From the human T2T-CHM13v2.0 reference genome, Homo sapiens: a stretch of 64,000 bases of DNA. The position numbers and the translations under genes were made by a program. The stretch lies in NCBI RefSeq assembly GCF_009914755.1, contig NC_060947.1; one strand, given 5' to 3'. Shown piece by piece: positions 42,001-59,577 of the stretch (its first letter is position 1; every line of letters begins with the position of its first letter). The notes under the pieces were generated by a model, which did not search any database, was not told the DNA's origin, and saw nothing but the letters and a program-made list of their open reading frames with translations.

Positions 42001-43785
42001 ACTTCGGAACATAAACATGACTCTCTTCTATGACTTTAACATTTACTATTTTTGCCATAAATTTGATCCCTGAGTTGGCAATATTATAGCATCCCCATCA
42101 TATTCTATGTGTTTTGCCTTTTCTCCCAAAATAGACTGCATGTTTCTTAGAATAAGGTTTCCTTCTACTTCTCCTGTATGCTGTATGACATTGAGCAAAG
42201 TACTGGGTACAGAGCAAGATCTCTAAAATCTTTTGCTAATAGAAGAGGGTTTGACTGGATCATGGGACCCAGATAATCACCTTCTGTGTTCCCTTTGGCT
42301 CTCATTCTGATGTAGCCACTGGCTATCTATTCAATTGACAGAGAAGTAGGTTTTCCCCTTGAAGATCTTAGTGGAATGCCTCCCAGAGCCATGACAAAGG
42401 ACAATGATACTCTGAAGAAGGTGCTTAAAATGATGCCCCTTCATGATGTGAAAAAAGCACCAGTGACACACTACAGATCTACTGTCTAATGCCACGTGTG
42501 GGAGAGCACTTAATGACCCGAGGGAAGGGAGGAAAAGGTGCAAGTCCAAGGTTAGAAGAAAAAGAGGAGTCAATTTGAGGTCTTGTGCTCAGAACCCCTC
42601 TAAACAACATGCATGACATTTACTAGCTTAATCAGTAGGGGTTTCTGTCAGCACAGTTGTGCAAGAGAAAGGGTTTCTCTTCAGTACAGTTGTTCAAAAG
42701 AAAAAGAATATCTCATTGACATCAGATTTATTGCCTGCTAGATTACCTCACAATCTTTGCAACTCTATTATGAAAAATGATAAAAATTTTACTTCATTGA
42801 AAAGTGCAATCATAGTATTATTATTTCTGTTGCAGGTAGAATGGCTTTGTCTAGTCATTTAGATTATCTACGTATAATGCATATCCATATACATATATGG
42901 ATATTTTGATTTTCATCTATTTTACTGTGTATTTTTATTTCCACATTTCAAATATGTGGAAGTTTCCCTGCTAGTTCATATTGTCTTTAAACGCTTTCAC
43001 AATATTGGATTGTTGCACTGAGTGGAATACATCCAGACCTTAAGCCTTTATGAAATGCAAATGATCTCAGATTCATTCTTTTTTTCACCTCAGGAAAAAG
43101 ATGGGGAATGCACTTGTTCCCTCCCAAATGAAGTAATTTAATACTTGGGATCCATGAAATGGGATTTCCCAACATTAAACACTAATGAAAAATACATTAG
43201 TGTTCAGTGTCAGAAGCTCTAGAACACCAATTCTAGGGGTTTGCGAGTCACATACACTCACTTCCAAATGTATCTGGCAACCATACACTTCTGTGCCCCA
43301 GAGAGAGGAAGGGAGAAGGGGGGAGTGGTGATTATGCAAATGTAGATATCCAGACTTACTTACAAAGCTTTCTGAAAATAAATTAAGTTTTCAAATGGAA
43401 AGGTCTAATTCACATAATATACTTGGATAGTAGCCAGTTTCAGGTTTGAGGTCCTAAAATAACTTGGTAAGATAATTTCTCAGGAGCAAAATTCCTCCAA
43501 ACTGTAGATTTGAGACATTTTAAGTGTGGCAGAGCTACTAATAGAAGTATAAGCCTTCAGAAACAACATTGCCTCTGTCTCCAAAAGGTAAGTGCAAGAA
43601 GAAACGTGTCACGCATAGTTTTTTCTTTTTTCCTTTTCTTCTCTTTTTGCCAATACACCTTATTTTGGATAATGTGTTAGAGAAAGCTTTCACAAGAAAT
43701 TAGAGTATCTCTGCTCAGAAATACTGTGGCAACTTATCAGAGTGTCTATCAGGGTGTTTTGTCCCTTACATTTCATTAACATATA

Positions 43786-44378
43786 CAGTCAGTTCTGCTA
43801 CAAGACAAAGCATGCATTTCTGCAATTCACTGCACTATGCAAAATCACACCTAACCAAAGGGTTATGGAAAAAATGAAGTTAGGGATGCAACATTCAGAA
43901 ACATAATCAATGACGCATTAAAAAAAAAGGAACCTAATAAGAATGACAGCATAGTTTGTCATATATTAATGGTTAAGGGATACGCGAATGCCATACCAAA
44001 TATGACACTTTATCTTGTGAAAGTGGGTGCCAGAAGAGTTGCAAATTGTGAGTTATTGTGAAGTGGTGAAAAGGAAAGTTATCTGATTAGGACGGAAACT
44101 TCTAAATACCAGATGTGGATGGGACAGGCTCCTATCCACATGTGGTGAGCTGAAATAGCTGATGGATATTGCAGGTATATACATGTGCCCATTTTGTGTA
44201 TTCTTACGCAGTTCATTCTGCTGTATGCAGTTTTCTGCATTCATCTAGTGCTTTTAACAGATGGAATTGCGCATATGCAAACGCAAAATTTGTCTTAAGT
44301 TCAAACTGTTCTCAAACATCCCAATGGCAAAGGAAAAAATTAACCTTTATAAAACGAGCACTGTAGCAGCACTGGCTG
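43786..44378. mobile_element. Tigger-family MITE (MER82-like)
   Basis: TIRs cagtcagttctgctaca / tgtagcagcactggctg with TA on both sides. Confidence 0.85.
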
Positions 44379-44793
44379 TACATGCAAAATAATTTTCGGT
44401 AGGTGTTAAAAATAAATATTGTCAGTATTACAGTAATGCCAAATAGACATTTTTCTTGAAAAATTTGACCAAAGTAGATACATGGCTAGCTTTTCTGAAA
44501 TCCATGTACTAAATTGATCATTCTTTTCTTTAGTGACACTGTGACAATACCTTCCCTAAATATGTTTTTTCCCAAGGTTACTATGCAGTGTACGTTGTCA
44601 AAAGGGGCACATATATTCCTATAGCTCTAGAAAAAGGTCACGGAGAGTCAGAAATCATGTCTGTACTTCCTGGTCTTAGTATGTGTTTCATTATCTCCTT
44701 GGCCAAGGGGAAGGGTAGCTCCACAATTCTTTAACTACAACTATGGAATCAAAGAATCTCTGAAAAATGAGTTTGTTTTCCCCTAACTCACTG

Positions 44794-44941
44794 GGTGGCA
44801 AAAGCTGACCTGAAATGCTTTGAGGATATTTATGGTCTTTACTTATTTATCTAATTTCATAAATTTTGGTGGCAAAGCCTGACCTGAAGTGATATGAGGA
44901 CATTTATAGTCTTCATTTATTTATCTTATTTTGTGAATTTT
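44794..44941. repeat. Two-copy 74-bp tandem duplication
   Basis: Copies at 44794-44867 and 44868-44941, ungapped, ~13 mismatches by hand count. Confidence 0.9.
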
Positions 44942-47900
44942 CATACATTTAGGTAAGAAAGTATTAATGCATTTTATTAAGGGGTGCTGGCCCATACCTC
45001 ACTCTGGGTGAGTGTATATATAATATACAGTATATGTACAGCAGCACCTTTGTAAAATTTGAAAAATTCTAAATTCTGAAAAAAGTGGACCCCAAAGGTT
45101 TTGGATAAGGGATTATGGGCCTGTATTAGTATTTAACCACCTTCCTGAGCTCTTATGAGGCAATATTAATTAATGCCTCTGAAGACCATATAATCTACAC
45201 GTGCAAAGAACATCAGGGCACCAAGAGTTATTGCCATACTACTTATGTCAGATCTCTCAAGGCCAATTAGAAGTCTTTGGTTCCTGAGGTTGCTTTTCTG
45301 AGCTGCCCTCCCCTTCTAGGCAGGAGTAGGGGGTAAAAGGAAACAGGCTTAAAAGAAAGAGAAGATATTTTCTTATTAATATTAACTATTACTACTAACT
45401 CAAAATGTATGTTACTACTTAATGGTATTTTACCTGTCACAAAGAGCTTTTGTAACTTGTGAGCAGGTAGTTTTAAGATTTGCATGTTACGGCTAATATC
45501 CATTAACTTCATAGTGCTCAATGATCATCAAATTAGACTTAAATGTATCTGGCTGTTCTGTTCTCAACCTCGTAATTATTATTAGAGGCTCAAAAGAATA
45601 AAAAGGTAAGAAAACTGGTTTTCAGAAGAAAATAAACAATACAGTTTATCACTTTTCTGGCTCAAATAATACTGCTTTAATATTAATATACCAACATCCT
45701 TTATTAAAAGCAGATTTATCAGTTAAATAAACCATTGGATTGAGAATGGAAATAAAGTCCATTCGATAGGTAATGCTTAATAAATACTTATGTATAAATG
45801 GGCATGTGCATGAGTGACGCACAGACAACAACAGAAAGAGTCAGAAGGAGAGAGAAATAGAGAGGAGATATCACAACTGAAGCAGATGACTGAAGGAGAA
45901 CAGTCACAGAGGCTCTGGGGGAAAGCTAACAATAAATTACAATGTTTTCTAGTTTCCATGGGCTCAACCTGGTTCTGGATTACTGCATTCTGCATGGCTT
46001 CCACAGCCCTGGATACTATTTACTGTTTTTCGGATTGTCAAGTACATCCCTTTGAGGACTTTGAATGGCCCTCTCACTAAGCCAGCAGGTAAGATATAGT
46101 ATGCTGTGTTAATTTCTGTCAGTTAGGTTGATCTTTGTTACAATCACTGGAAATGAAGGTCAACAATAAAGCACCTATGATCCTTTGACATGTTTGTGCT
46201 GAAATTCATATTTATATTTTAGTCTCTCTATAAGCTGATACTCATCTTTAGAGGGAGTGCTGGTCTACATCCAGAAAGTCCAAATTTTCTACTTTCTAGT
46301 TTAATTAATCTCTTTTCCTGTTCTCCAATTTGTTGTGCAAGCATACAAGTTAGTCAAAGATCCACAAAGCAGCCCTCCCCCAGCCCATTTCTTCCTGTCT
46401 CTGTTATAGAGGGAAGCCAACTGTGCTGTACACTGTATTGGTTTTACATAGTACAATCAGCCAACCTCAGGCATAATACTCAATATTCCTGCCAATAAGT
46501 GTCTGGTTTTTTAACTCAGTCAAACAATCCAGGACTTTACAATCAAGAAAAAAAGATAAGGCTGTGGTAAATGCCATTTTGTTTAAATTATTGTAGTAAT
46601 TGCTCAAACTACCTAATTTTCTTGGTTGTGAAAATACAAGATGGATATAACTCTGCTAATATTTGTAGAGTAGTTTCGTAATGTTAAAAAAAAGAAAAAT
46701 GAAGCCAATATATTTGTCATCTTAGAAAATTGTCATTTTTCTAAGTAGAGTGGTAAAGAGCTCTACTTTATGGCACAATTTGGAATTTTAAATGTCAATA
46801 TTTAAACGTTAGTATACGGTATTAGTTAGCAATTAAAATTAGTGGTTGGCCAAAGCCTTTTCACTATAGCCTTGAAAGAAACTGTTATCTGTTATGTACC
46901 ATGAAACATGAAATAGATAATTGCCCTGTTTTATCTTATGTTGACAATGATATTGTGGCTTCTGTTATTACCCAGTGAAGTATATCAAAAAGAAAATATA
47001 AAAAAGTAATGATCCTTTAAAATTTCATATTTAGTTTATACTCAAACTAAAGTCTTATGTAGGTATTTCAATTATTTTCAATCTTCAAGTTCATTATTTA
47101 TTTGCAGGTAGGTAATGGAGGGTTATGAATTAATTGACAGTGTATCATTTAATGAATTAGCTAATAAGAGATATCCTGAACATTTATAAAGTTTTCATTT
47201 TCAGGGCTTTATTTTTATTACACTGTTATAAATGGTCACCCTGTATTTGTTCAAAAGGCAAAGAATGCAAATCGCTCCAATGTTATTTATAAAGATAGAA
47301 CGCAATGTTTGAAGCACAAATCAGGAAAACATTACAACTGTGTCTGAAGTTTCAAGAAAAGTATTTTTCAAGCTATCATATGTTAAATAGTGAGGGCACG
47401 CTATATTAAGAATAAACAAAAAAAGCAAAAGGCAAAAATTCTAGAGTATAAAAAAGCATAGAGGCTAGGGAAGCCTCGGAAAGGTTTCACCCTTGTCCAA
47501 ATTTTTCAAATAAAGGCTGAAGAAAATGTTCTCGTAACCACCGTTGTCTGGTTATTTGGCAAGAAAGATCCCCTGTACTCCATAGTTCCTCTCCACCAGC
47601 ACAACTTTAAGAACAAAGGGCACTCATGGACACCTAATGGAGTGATGGAGAGGAACCCTGGCATCTATAATTGGGAGCTAAACAAGTACATAGCCCTCAT
47701 CTGGGACAATGGGAAGAGATGTCACTATTATAGCAGTATTCACAAGAGCCAGAGGATTCTCAAATTTCACTCATGTTTTGGCCCTTTGCTCCAGTTCAGC
47801 AATGCTCAGATATAGGATCAAAACATGCCAATGTTTTGCGGTCACCTGTTGCTATAATAGAGGGCTGAAATTCACAAATGATTTATTTTTAAAAAGTATA

Positions 47901-49229
47901 GATGAGTGGACTCAGGGTGATGCCTCTAATAGTGCCACTCTCACTGAGTTGCATTTGGATGTGCTTTCTTGGATGGGAGAGAAAGGGGTTGGGGTTATAG
48001 CTAGTGATAGGAATTGGGTACAACTCTGATCTTATAAGCAATTGTAATAAGTGATTTTCATATCCATATGCTTGTAAAGTGATTCTACTCATACCATGGG
48101 AGGGACGAAGACTTGCTTATCTTTCCCCTCTGAACGACAACAACAAAAAGGAAATAGGAAGCATTAAAAAAAGGAGTCCTGGTATTCTCATATGAGTAAC
48201 ATGTACATGTTATTCAAATATGTCGGGGCCAAAACATTTTTTTTTCAGAATTATGATCTTAATGATTGCTGGTAGAACACTACTGGCTGCCACCAATCTT
48301 TCTGTCTGACATCTAATGGGCTAGTGAGGGAGCCTCCTAAGAAGTATGAGCAGGAAAGTAACAATTCTGTAGGAAGGACAGAGAAAGTTTTATTTCCCCT
48401 CTTGCATTCAAGCTATGCATATACTTGTCTTGTATCAGGATGTGAGTCTGAATCATCTTTATATCTCCCACATACAACCCATAATTTTATTCAAGTTTAT
48501 TATTTTGTTTATTTACAAATTTAATTAATTTGAGTGAATTCAAAAATTTAAAGTTTGAATTCAATCAAGTTTTATTTTATAAAAAAGTTATAGCAACCAT
48601 GGTGGGTGAGAGTGTTTTATGATGCCAAATAACTTATTTGATTGAATTATTCACATTCCTAACAGCTGTTTTGGCATTGTGTGGGCACAGCCTGTATCTG
48701 AAAAGTTTTCTGCTTGAAATGTTCATTGATTGATTCATTATTACAAATTTTCATCTTCTTGTTTTTCAACATGGCATTTTAGTGAAATGTTAAATAGAGC
48801 TATTTTTTGGGAGATATGCCAAAATTACAACCTATTACTAAGCCTATCTTATAAACTTTGCTTATGCTAAGCTATGCATATTTAAGTCATTTTATTTTTC
48901 CTTCAAAGTCTGATTCATTCTCTCAATTACATTACTGCTTATCTCCCCGGACTCACTCCAATTTAACTAGGTCTTTATGGTTCCCCAAACAAAATGCAAC
49001 ATTCTGGATGAACATCACCCAGAATACAAAAAAGTTATCTGATAAATTCTTTTGTAATGATGTCTTTTCACATGTAGCCTCAAACTATGTGTAGATTGCA
49101 CTTGAGACTTCATTAACTAGAATATGGCTAATGAAGTTGTGAGAAGGCAGCTCAATTAGGAAATATACTGATCTATTGATATAGATGTGTCTGCTAGTGG
49201 ATCAAGTGAAATGTCTATCAAGCAAATTA

Positions 49230-49584
<355 letters not shown>

Positions 49585-49876
49585 CGCAAATTAGTGGAAT
49601 CTGCTCATATGATATTAGAATGAATTGAACAACAGTGAATGCAGGTACTCCCCTCCAGCGAAATGAACATAATGTATAGATGCCTTCAGAAAATGAAAAA
49701 AATTAGCTCATCTCAAGGGGAAGAGAGTCAGCTTGCATAAACAGAAGAAAAAAATGAGAACACATGTTAATGAAGCTGTGAATATGAGACTGCAGTAGTA
49801 AATATAGATGGAAATCCTAGAAATTAAGAAATGATTTCATAGGTAGTGATTGATAAATATGTCCTTTAAGCAAGTA

Positions 49877-49954
49877 TTGGGTTGGTGCAAAAGTAATTGC
49901 GGTTTTGCCATGGAAAGTGATGGCAAAAACCTCAATTACTTTTGCACCAACCTA
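49877..49954. mobile_element. MADE1 (Hsmar1 mariner MITE)
   Basis: Near-perfect palindrome ggttggtgcaaaagtaattgcggttttgccat...atggcaaaaacctcaattacttttgcaccaacc. Confidence 0.95.
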
Positions 49955-50729
49955 TCTCTTAAGCAATTTAGTTCTTCGTTAAGCTCATTCAAGTAAGTTT
50001 TTCAAAAGGTACTCATGTACCTTGTGAAAATACATATGTATGATAGGTGAGATGCTGAGAGGGACAGTAGATTAAACATACATTACTTATGTGAAACAGT
50101 TTCTCAGAGAGACTTCTTGTAGTGCCTGAAGTCAGTGAATGAATGCACAGACGCTCCTTTCTGTGTATTAACACTGGAGGTCTGGACCAGAGCAGACCAC
50201 AGAGTGTGATCTGGGTTCCTGGATGGGAATGATGACAACCTGGATTTGATTCAAGTTTGCTTTTACTTTTCTTGACTCCCAAATAGCAAACACGTACCAC
50301 AAAGGATAGAAATGAAATTAAAATGCAAGCATGTATACATGGTTCCCTTTTGCTTCCCCTGTACTTCATGGAGACAAGCCCTCATTTTCTGGTTTTGGTA
50401 GCCCACACAGAGTGAGCTGTCTCCCCCTCAGGGTAAAAGAACATACTACTATGGAATTGCTCTGTTTTATGCTCCTGGTCTCATCAGCATTTGGAAACTG
50501 CTTATGTAAAGCATAATTCCATTACTCAGGAAGCCATTGTCACTTAGGCTTACTGACCAGCTACCTGATCTTCAAATTCTTGCCCTGGCAGCACTAGGGC
50601 AATTTCCTCTTTTCCATACTTACAGTACAGGACTTAGATGTTTCCCATTCTGGGTAGTTTTGAACATTGTGTATCATAGGGCTTTCTAGTGATAAACATA
50701 CAAAATGGGTTGCATGTCAAGGTATACAG

Positions 50730-50767
50730 ATATATATATAGAGAGAGAGATTATATATATATATATT
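50730..50767. repeat. Compound (TA)n(GA)n(TA)n microsatellite
   Basis: Seen directly. Confidence 0.85.
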
Positions 50768-51104
50768 TAAATTTTATTGTTATGTGTACAGAATAAAAGG
50801 TCAAGTGCTGTCTACTACTGAACTATACTCTTCTTTAAAGTAGGGCTTATCCTACTTATAACTTACAAAATAAATGATGAGGAAGCCAAAGAAAAGGAGA
50901 AATTAACCTAAACGTTTAGGGAACACCTTATATTTAGTAGTAGAAGACAAAGAGGAGAGTGTCTTAGTTTCATTTGTTTGTTTTCAATAAGGTGAATCAA
51001 GTGTAGAGTACTTTCTCTGCTACTAATTTACTTACTTAGAGATATCATCTGTATATAACTTGTTTAAATTAGTAAGTACATCATAACATTTTCGAATGAC
51101 ACAA

Positions 51105-51340
51105 TGGTTAAGTTACAGATATTAGAATCAGACCTATGTCGGTTTAAATCACAGCTCTGTCATTTACTATCAGTTTGCTATAAACCTTTTCAAGCCTTTG
51201 TTTCTTCATCTGTAAAATAAGGATAGTAATAAGCATCTCAATGTTTTTTGTAAGAAATAAATGAGGTAATGTGTACAAAACACTTAGCAGAGTGCTTGGC
51301 ACATAGTAAGCACTAAATAATATTATTAAATGAATGATCA
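51105..51340 (+). mobile_element. MIR SINE
   Basis: gtttcttcatctgtaaaataaggatagtaata...gtgcttggcacatagtaagcact. Confidence 0.8.
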
Positions 51341-54092
51341 ATTATTGAGCTCAATGAAATCTATAAAATCAGGTGCCATCTAGTAAGTAGCCTAAGAGGA
51401 TAATCTACTTGACTCCAAGACACTTGATTACTTAAAACTTCTGCATTATAGTTGATTTTTTTTCACAATTTTCAGTTTTCTTATTTTCTTCTAAAAGTTC
51501 TAAGAAGCTATTATTGAAGTCATGAGTCAATATAAGAACAGTTGACACCTTTCTTTTCCTCTTCCTCCAAGCCACACCAAACACTCTCTATTGATCAGCT
51601 TCTTTATTATGCTGCAAGTTTCTTTCACTTCAGATAATAGTCTCTATTTCATGATTTTTAGTTAAGTACTCTGACTGTGTTCACTTGCATTTTCCTCTAT
51701 ACTAAAATGATCTGGGGGTATACATGCATTTCTAAAGTATCCATTGCAATAACACCTTGAGACTCAGACATTAGAGCAAAGGATGTGAAGAAGAGCCATT
51801 TCCATGAATACAACATTAGTGCTTTGTATTTATGAAGCACCTTTCATCTGCATCTTTCAAAGACTTTCACAAATATTATCTGATGCTTTATTCACTGGGC
51901 CAAGCTGCAAGCAAAACTGGCTTTCAAATAATTCCCTCACAGTACGTCAAACCCCATGAGGGAAGGAGTTGTGGATAACCGTTTGAAGTGTCAGGAATGC
52001 TCAGAAACATTTTTAAATAGTATATACAAAAATACCACCTAACAAACGATGACGACTATTTAGAAATGTGGCGCTTTGTAGGTATACCGCTCATAGCAAA
52101 TAAACAGGAACTTTATCATATTGGCATTAAGACCAACATCCACATTATAAATGAAAGCTATCTGCTCAATTTTGTAACTGTGTATCAACCTAATTTGGGA
52201 CATACGACTTGCCTCATAGTGTATCCAAATATATTCATTAAAGCATTGCATATTAATTATAGTATATGTAAACAGCATGGGTACCAGACCAGGATTGTAT
52301 GTCAAATACTTAGCATAGTGCCTGGTACATGTGACACATTCAGTTAATGTTAGTTACTAATATAATTATTATTGTAATTATTTCCAGTATGAATTTAGAT
52401 TATGAAACCAATTTTCTTTCAAAGAATTCAGTGATGACTTACATATATTCACATTTGTTGCTGTTGCTGCTACTGCTACAACTATTACTTCTTTTCCTTA
52501 TGCCTGTTAGGATATATACTTGCAAAGTAGGAAGAAAAGAAAAACATGTCCCCTTCCTCTGTTGGAACAGTAGACCAAGATGGGGAGAGGTAAGGCTACA
52601 CAGATGTTAAGGCCTCTTCCCACCTTCCAACTGAAACCATTTACACAGAGTCTTGTTGTCATGAAGACTATGGCTGTGGGTATTCCATTAAAACGAGTGG
52701 CTAATCATTTCTGGGGGGAAGACAGAATCAAATTAGAGACTTTTTATAACCCAAATGAAATAAGTGACCTACAAAGTTTTAGTAAATTTTATTGGTGCCA
52801 TGAAAAAAATAACATGAATTTAGACACACTGACTGTGGAGATATCACAAGTTTCATTTACTTCTTTTTAGTGTTTTTATTTTTGGCCCTCTAGTCTCTCT
52901 TATTTTACATTCTTGTTCACATAACTGGTATGCTGTGAAAATGGACTGTTTGAAAAAAAGAGTCATTATTGTTAAGAATGTGTAATTTTTAAAGTTTTCT
53001 GAGGCTATAAATAACTTCCACAGCCTTGAAGAAAACACAGTGTTTCAACATTCATATGCTGTGCCCATTTTAGAGATGGAGAATATGAGTCTGAGAGATG
53101 TGGAGAACTTAGTGCAAGGCCTTGGGTACCATAGTATTGCACTGATTCCATTTGTTGCCACTCAGCCATCTCTCCTGGCCTTCAAAACAAACAACACCAA
53201 CTGTGCTTATACCAATCTTGTCATTCCTCTTTATTGCAAACAATTAATATAAAATGCTGAGTCTGAACAGCTATGTAATAACTTATAATGAAATCTATGT
53301 AGTGGGTTATTTTATTTGTAAGTCCGATTCAATATGCTCAAGCACACATCATTAAATGTTTCCTTTTAATTTTGAGTAGCAAATATCTTCATTTCAGTAG
53401 CACCTACATAATTTATGTAATCTATAGTAACAGTTGTTAGCTTATTTGGTGTGTCATTTTATCCCAAGTTGATGCTGAAAATATCAGAAGAGGCTGCTTG
53501 ATGGGCTTGCTTTAAAAAGACAACTGAGCAATTTATGTATGCTGTTTTTCTTCCTGCACATTAAAGTTTAACCACATTTACAAATGAAATATTATGTACC
53601 TAAAAAAAATTCTTATTTAATACAATAACTGGCATTCATGATGACCATCTCTCTACTATGGGAAATACCAAATTGGCTTCAAGTAAATGTTATTACAATA
53701 AAAAGAATTATCTTAAACTATGAGTCACATGTAGGGATTTTCCTTCTCTAAATACATGTTAGATTACAACAATAGATAATTATGAGGATAGTTTAGGGTT
53801 ATGGTAATTCAACTAGAAACTCTAGAAATAGTATCACTACATATGTCACTCAGTATAATAGTTCTTTTTTCATTTTATTTTATTATTATTATACTTTAAG
53901 TTTTAGGGTACATGTGCACAATGTGCAGGTTAGTTACATATGTATATATGTGCCATGCTGGTGCGCTGCACCCACTAACTCGTCATTTAGCATTAGGTTT
54001 ATCTCCTAATGCTATCCCTCCCCCCTCCCCCCACCCCACAACAGTTCCCAGAGTGTGATGTTCCCCTTCCTGTGTCCATGTGTTCTCATTGT

Positions 54093-57940
<3,848 letters not shown>

Positions 57941-57976
57941 TTAGTTGATGCAGTTTCTTCCTAGCCTCGATGGTCT

Positions 57977-58994
57977 TTACAATTTGGCATGATTTTGCAG
58001 TGGCTGGTACTGGTTGTTCCTTTCCACGTTTAGTGCTTCCTTCAGGAGCTCTTTTAGGGCAGGCCTGGTGGTGACAAAATCTCTCAGCATTTGCTTGTCT
58101 GTAAAGTATTTTATTTCTCCTTCACTTATGAAGCTTAGTTTGGCTGGATATGAAATTCTGGGTTGAAAATTCTTTTCTTTAAGAATGTTGAATATTGGCT
58201 CCCGCTCTCTTCTGGCTTGTAGAGTTTCTGCCGAGAGATCTGCTGTTAGTCTGATGGGCTTCCCTTTGTGGGTAACCCGACCTTTCTCTCTGGCTGCCCT
58301 TAACATTTTTTCCTTCATTTCAACTTTGGTGAATCTGACGATTATGTGTCTTGGAGTTGCTCTTCTCGAGGAGTATCTTTGTGGCATTCTCTGTATTTCC
58401 TGAATCTGAATGTTGGCCTGCCTTGCTAGATTTGGGAAGTTCTCCTGGATAATATCCTGCAGAGCATTTTCCAACTTGGTTCCATTCTCCCCGTCACTTT
58501 CAGGTACACCAATCAGACGTAGATTTGGTCTTTTCACATAGTCCCATATTTCTTGGAGGCTTTGTTCGTTTCTTTTTATTTTTTTTTTCTCTAAACTTCC
58601 CTTCTCGCTTCATTTCATTCATTTCATCTTCCATCACTGATACCCTTTATTCCAGTTGATCGCATCGGCTCCTGAGGCTTCTGCATTCTTCACGTAGTTC
58701 TCGAGCCTTGGCTTTCAGCTCCATCAGCTCCTTTAAGCACTTCTCTGTATTGGTTATTCTAGTTATACATTCGTCTAAATTTTTTTCAAAGTTTTTAACT
58801 TCTTTGCCTTTGGTTTGAATTTCCTCCTGTAGCTCGGAGTAGTTTGATCGTCTGAAGCCTTCTTCTCTCAACTCGTCAAAGTCATTCTCCATCCAGCTTT
58901 GTTCCGTTGCTGGTGAGGAACTGCGTTCCTTTGGAGGAGGAGAGGCGCTCTGCTTTTTAGAGTTTCCAGTTTTTCTGTTCTGTTTTTACCCCAT
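57977..58994 (-). pseudogene. L1 ORF1, disrupted
   Basis: ATG GGG TAA (stop at codon 3), second stop at 58647, +1 slip in the A-tract at ~58580; RPNLRLIG and YPAKLS motifs present. Confidence 0.95.
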
Positions 58995-59577
58995 CTTTGT
59001 GGTTTTATCTACTTTTGGTCTTTGATGATGGTGATGTACAGATGGGTTTTTGGTGTGGATGTCCTTTCTGTTTGTTAGTTTTCCTTCTAACAGACAGGAC
59101 CCTCAGCTGCAGGTCTGTTGGAGTTTGCTAGAGGTCCACTCCAGACCCTGTTTGCCTGGGTACCAGCAGCAGTGGCTGCAGAACAGTGGATTTACGTGAA
59201 CCGCGAATGCTGCTGTCTGAAGGTTCCTCTGGAAGTTTTGTCTCAGAGGAGTACCCGGCCGTGTGAGGTGTCAGTGTGCCCCTACTGGGGGGTGCCTCCC
59301 AGTTAGGCTGCTCGGGGGTCAGGGGTCAGGGACCCACTTGAGGAGGCAGTCTGCCCGTTCTCAGATCTCCAGCTGCGTGCTGGGAGAACCACTGGTCTCT
59401 TCAAAGCTGTCAGACAGGGACATTTAAGTCTGCAGAGGTTACTGCTGTCTTTTTGTTTGTCTGTGTCCTGCCCCCAGAGGTGGAGCCTACAGAGGCAGGC
59501 AGGCCTCCTTGAGCTGTGGTTGGCTCCACCCAGTTCGAGCTTCCGGCCTGCTTTGTTTACCTAAGCAAGCCTGGGCA

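Noticed and set aside
43178-43204. 10-bp perfect hairpin aacactaatg/cattagtgtt
   Set aside because: Too short and AT-rich to distinguish from chance in 64 kb
52347-52610. ORF with a poly-Leu, signal-peptide-like run
   Set aside because: Comes from a short degenerate (CTG/TTG) repeat; no exon structure
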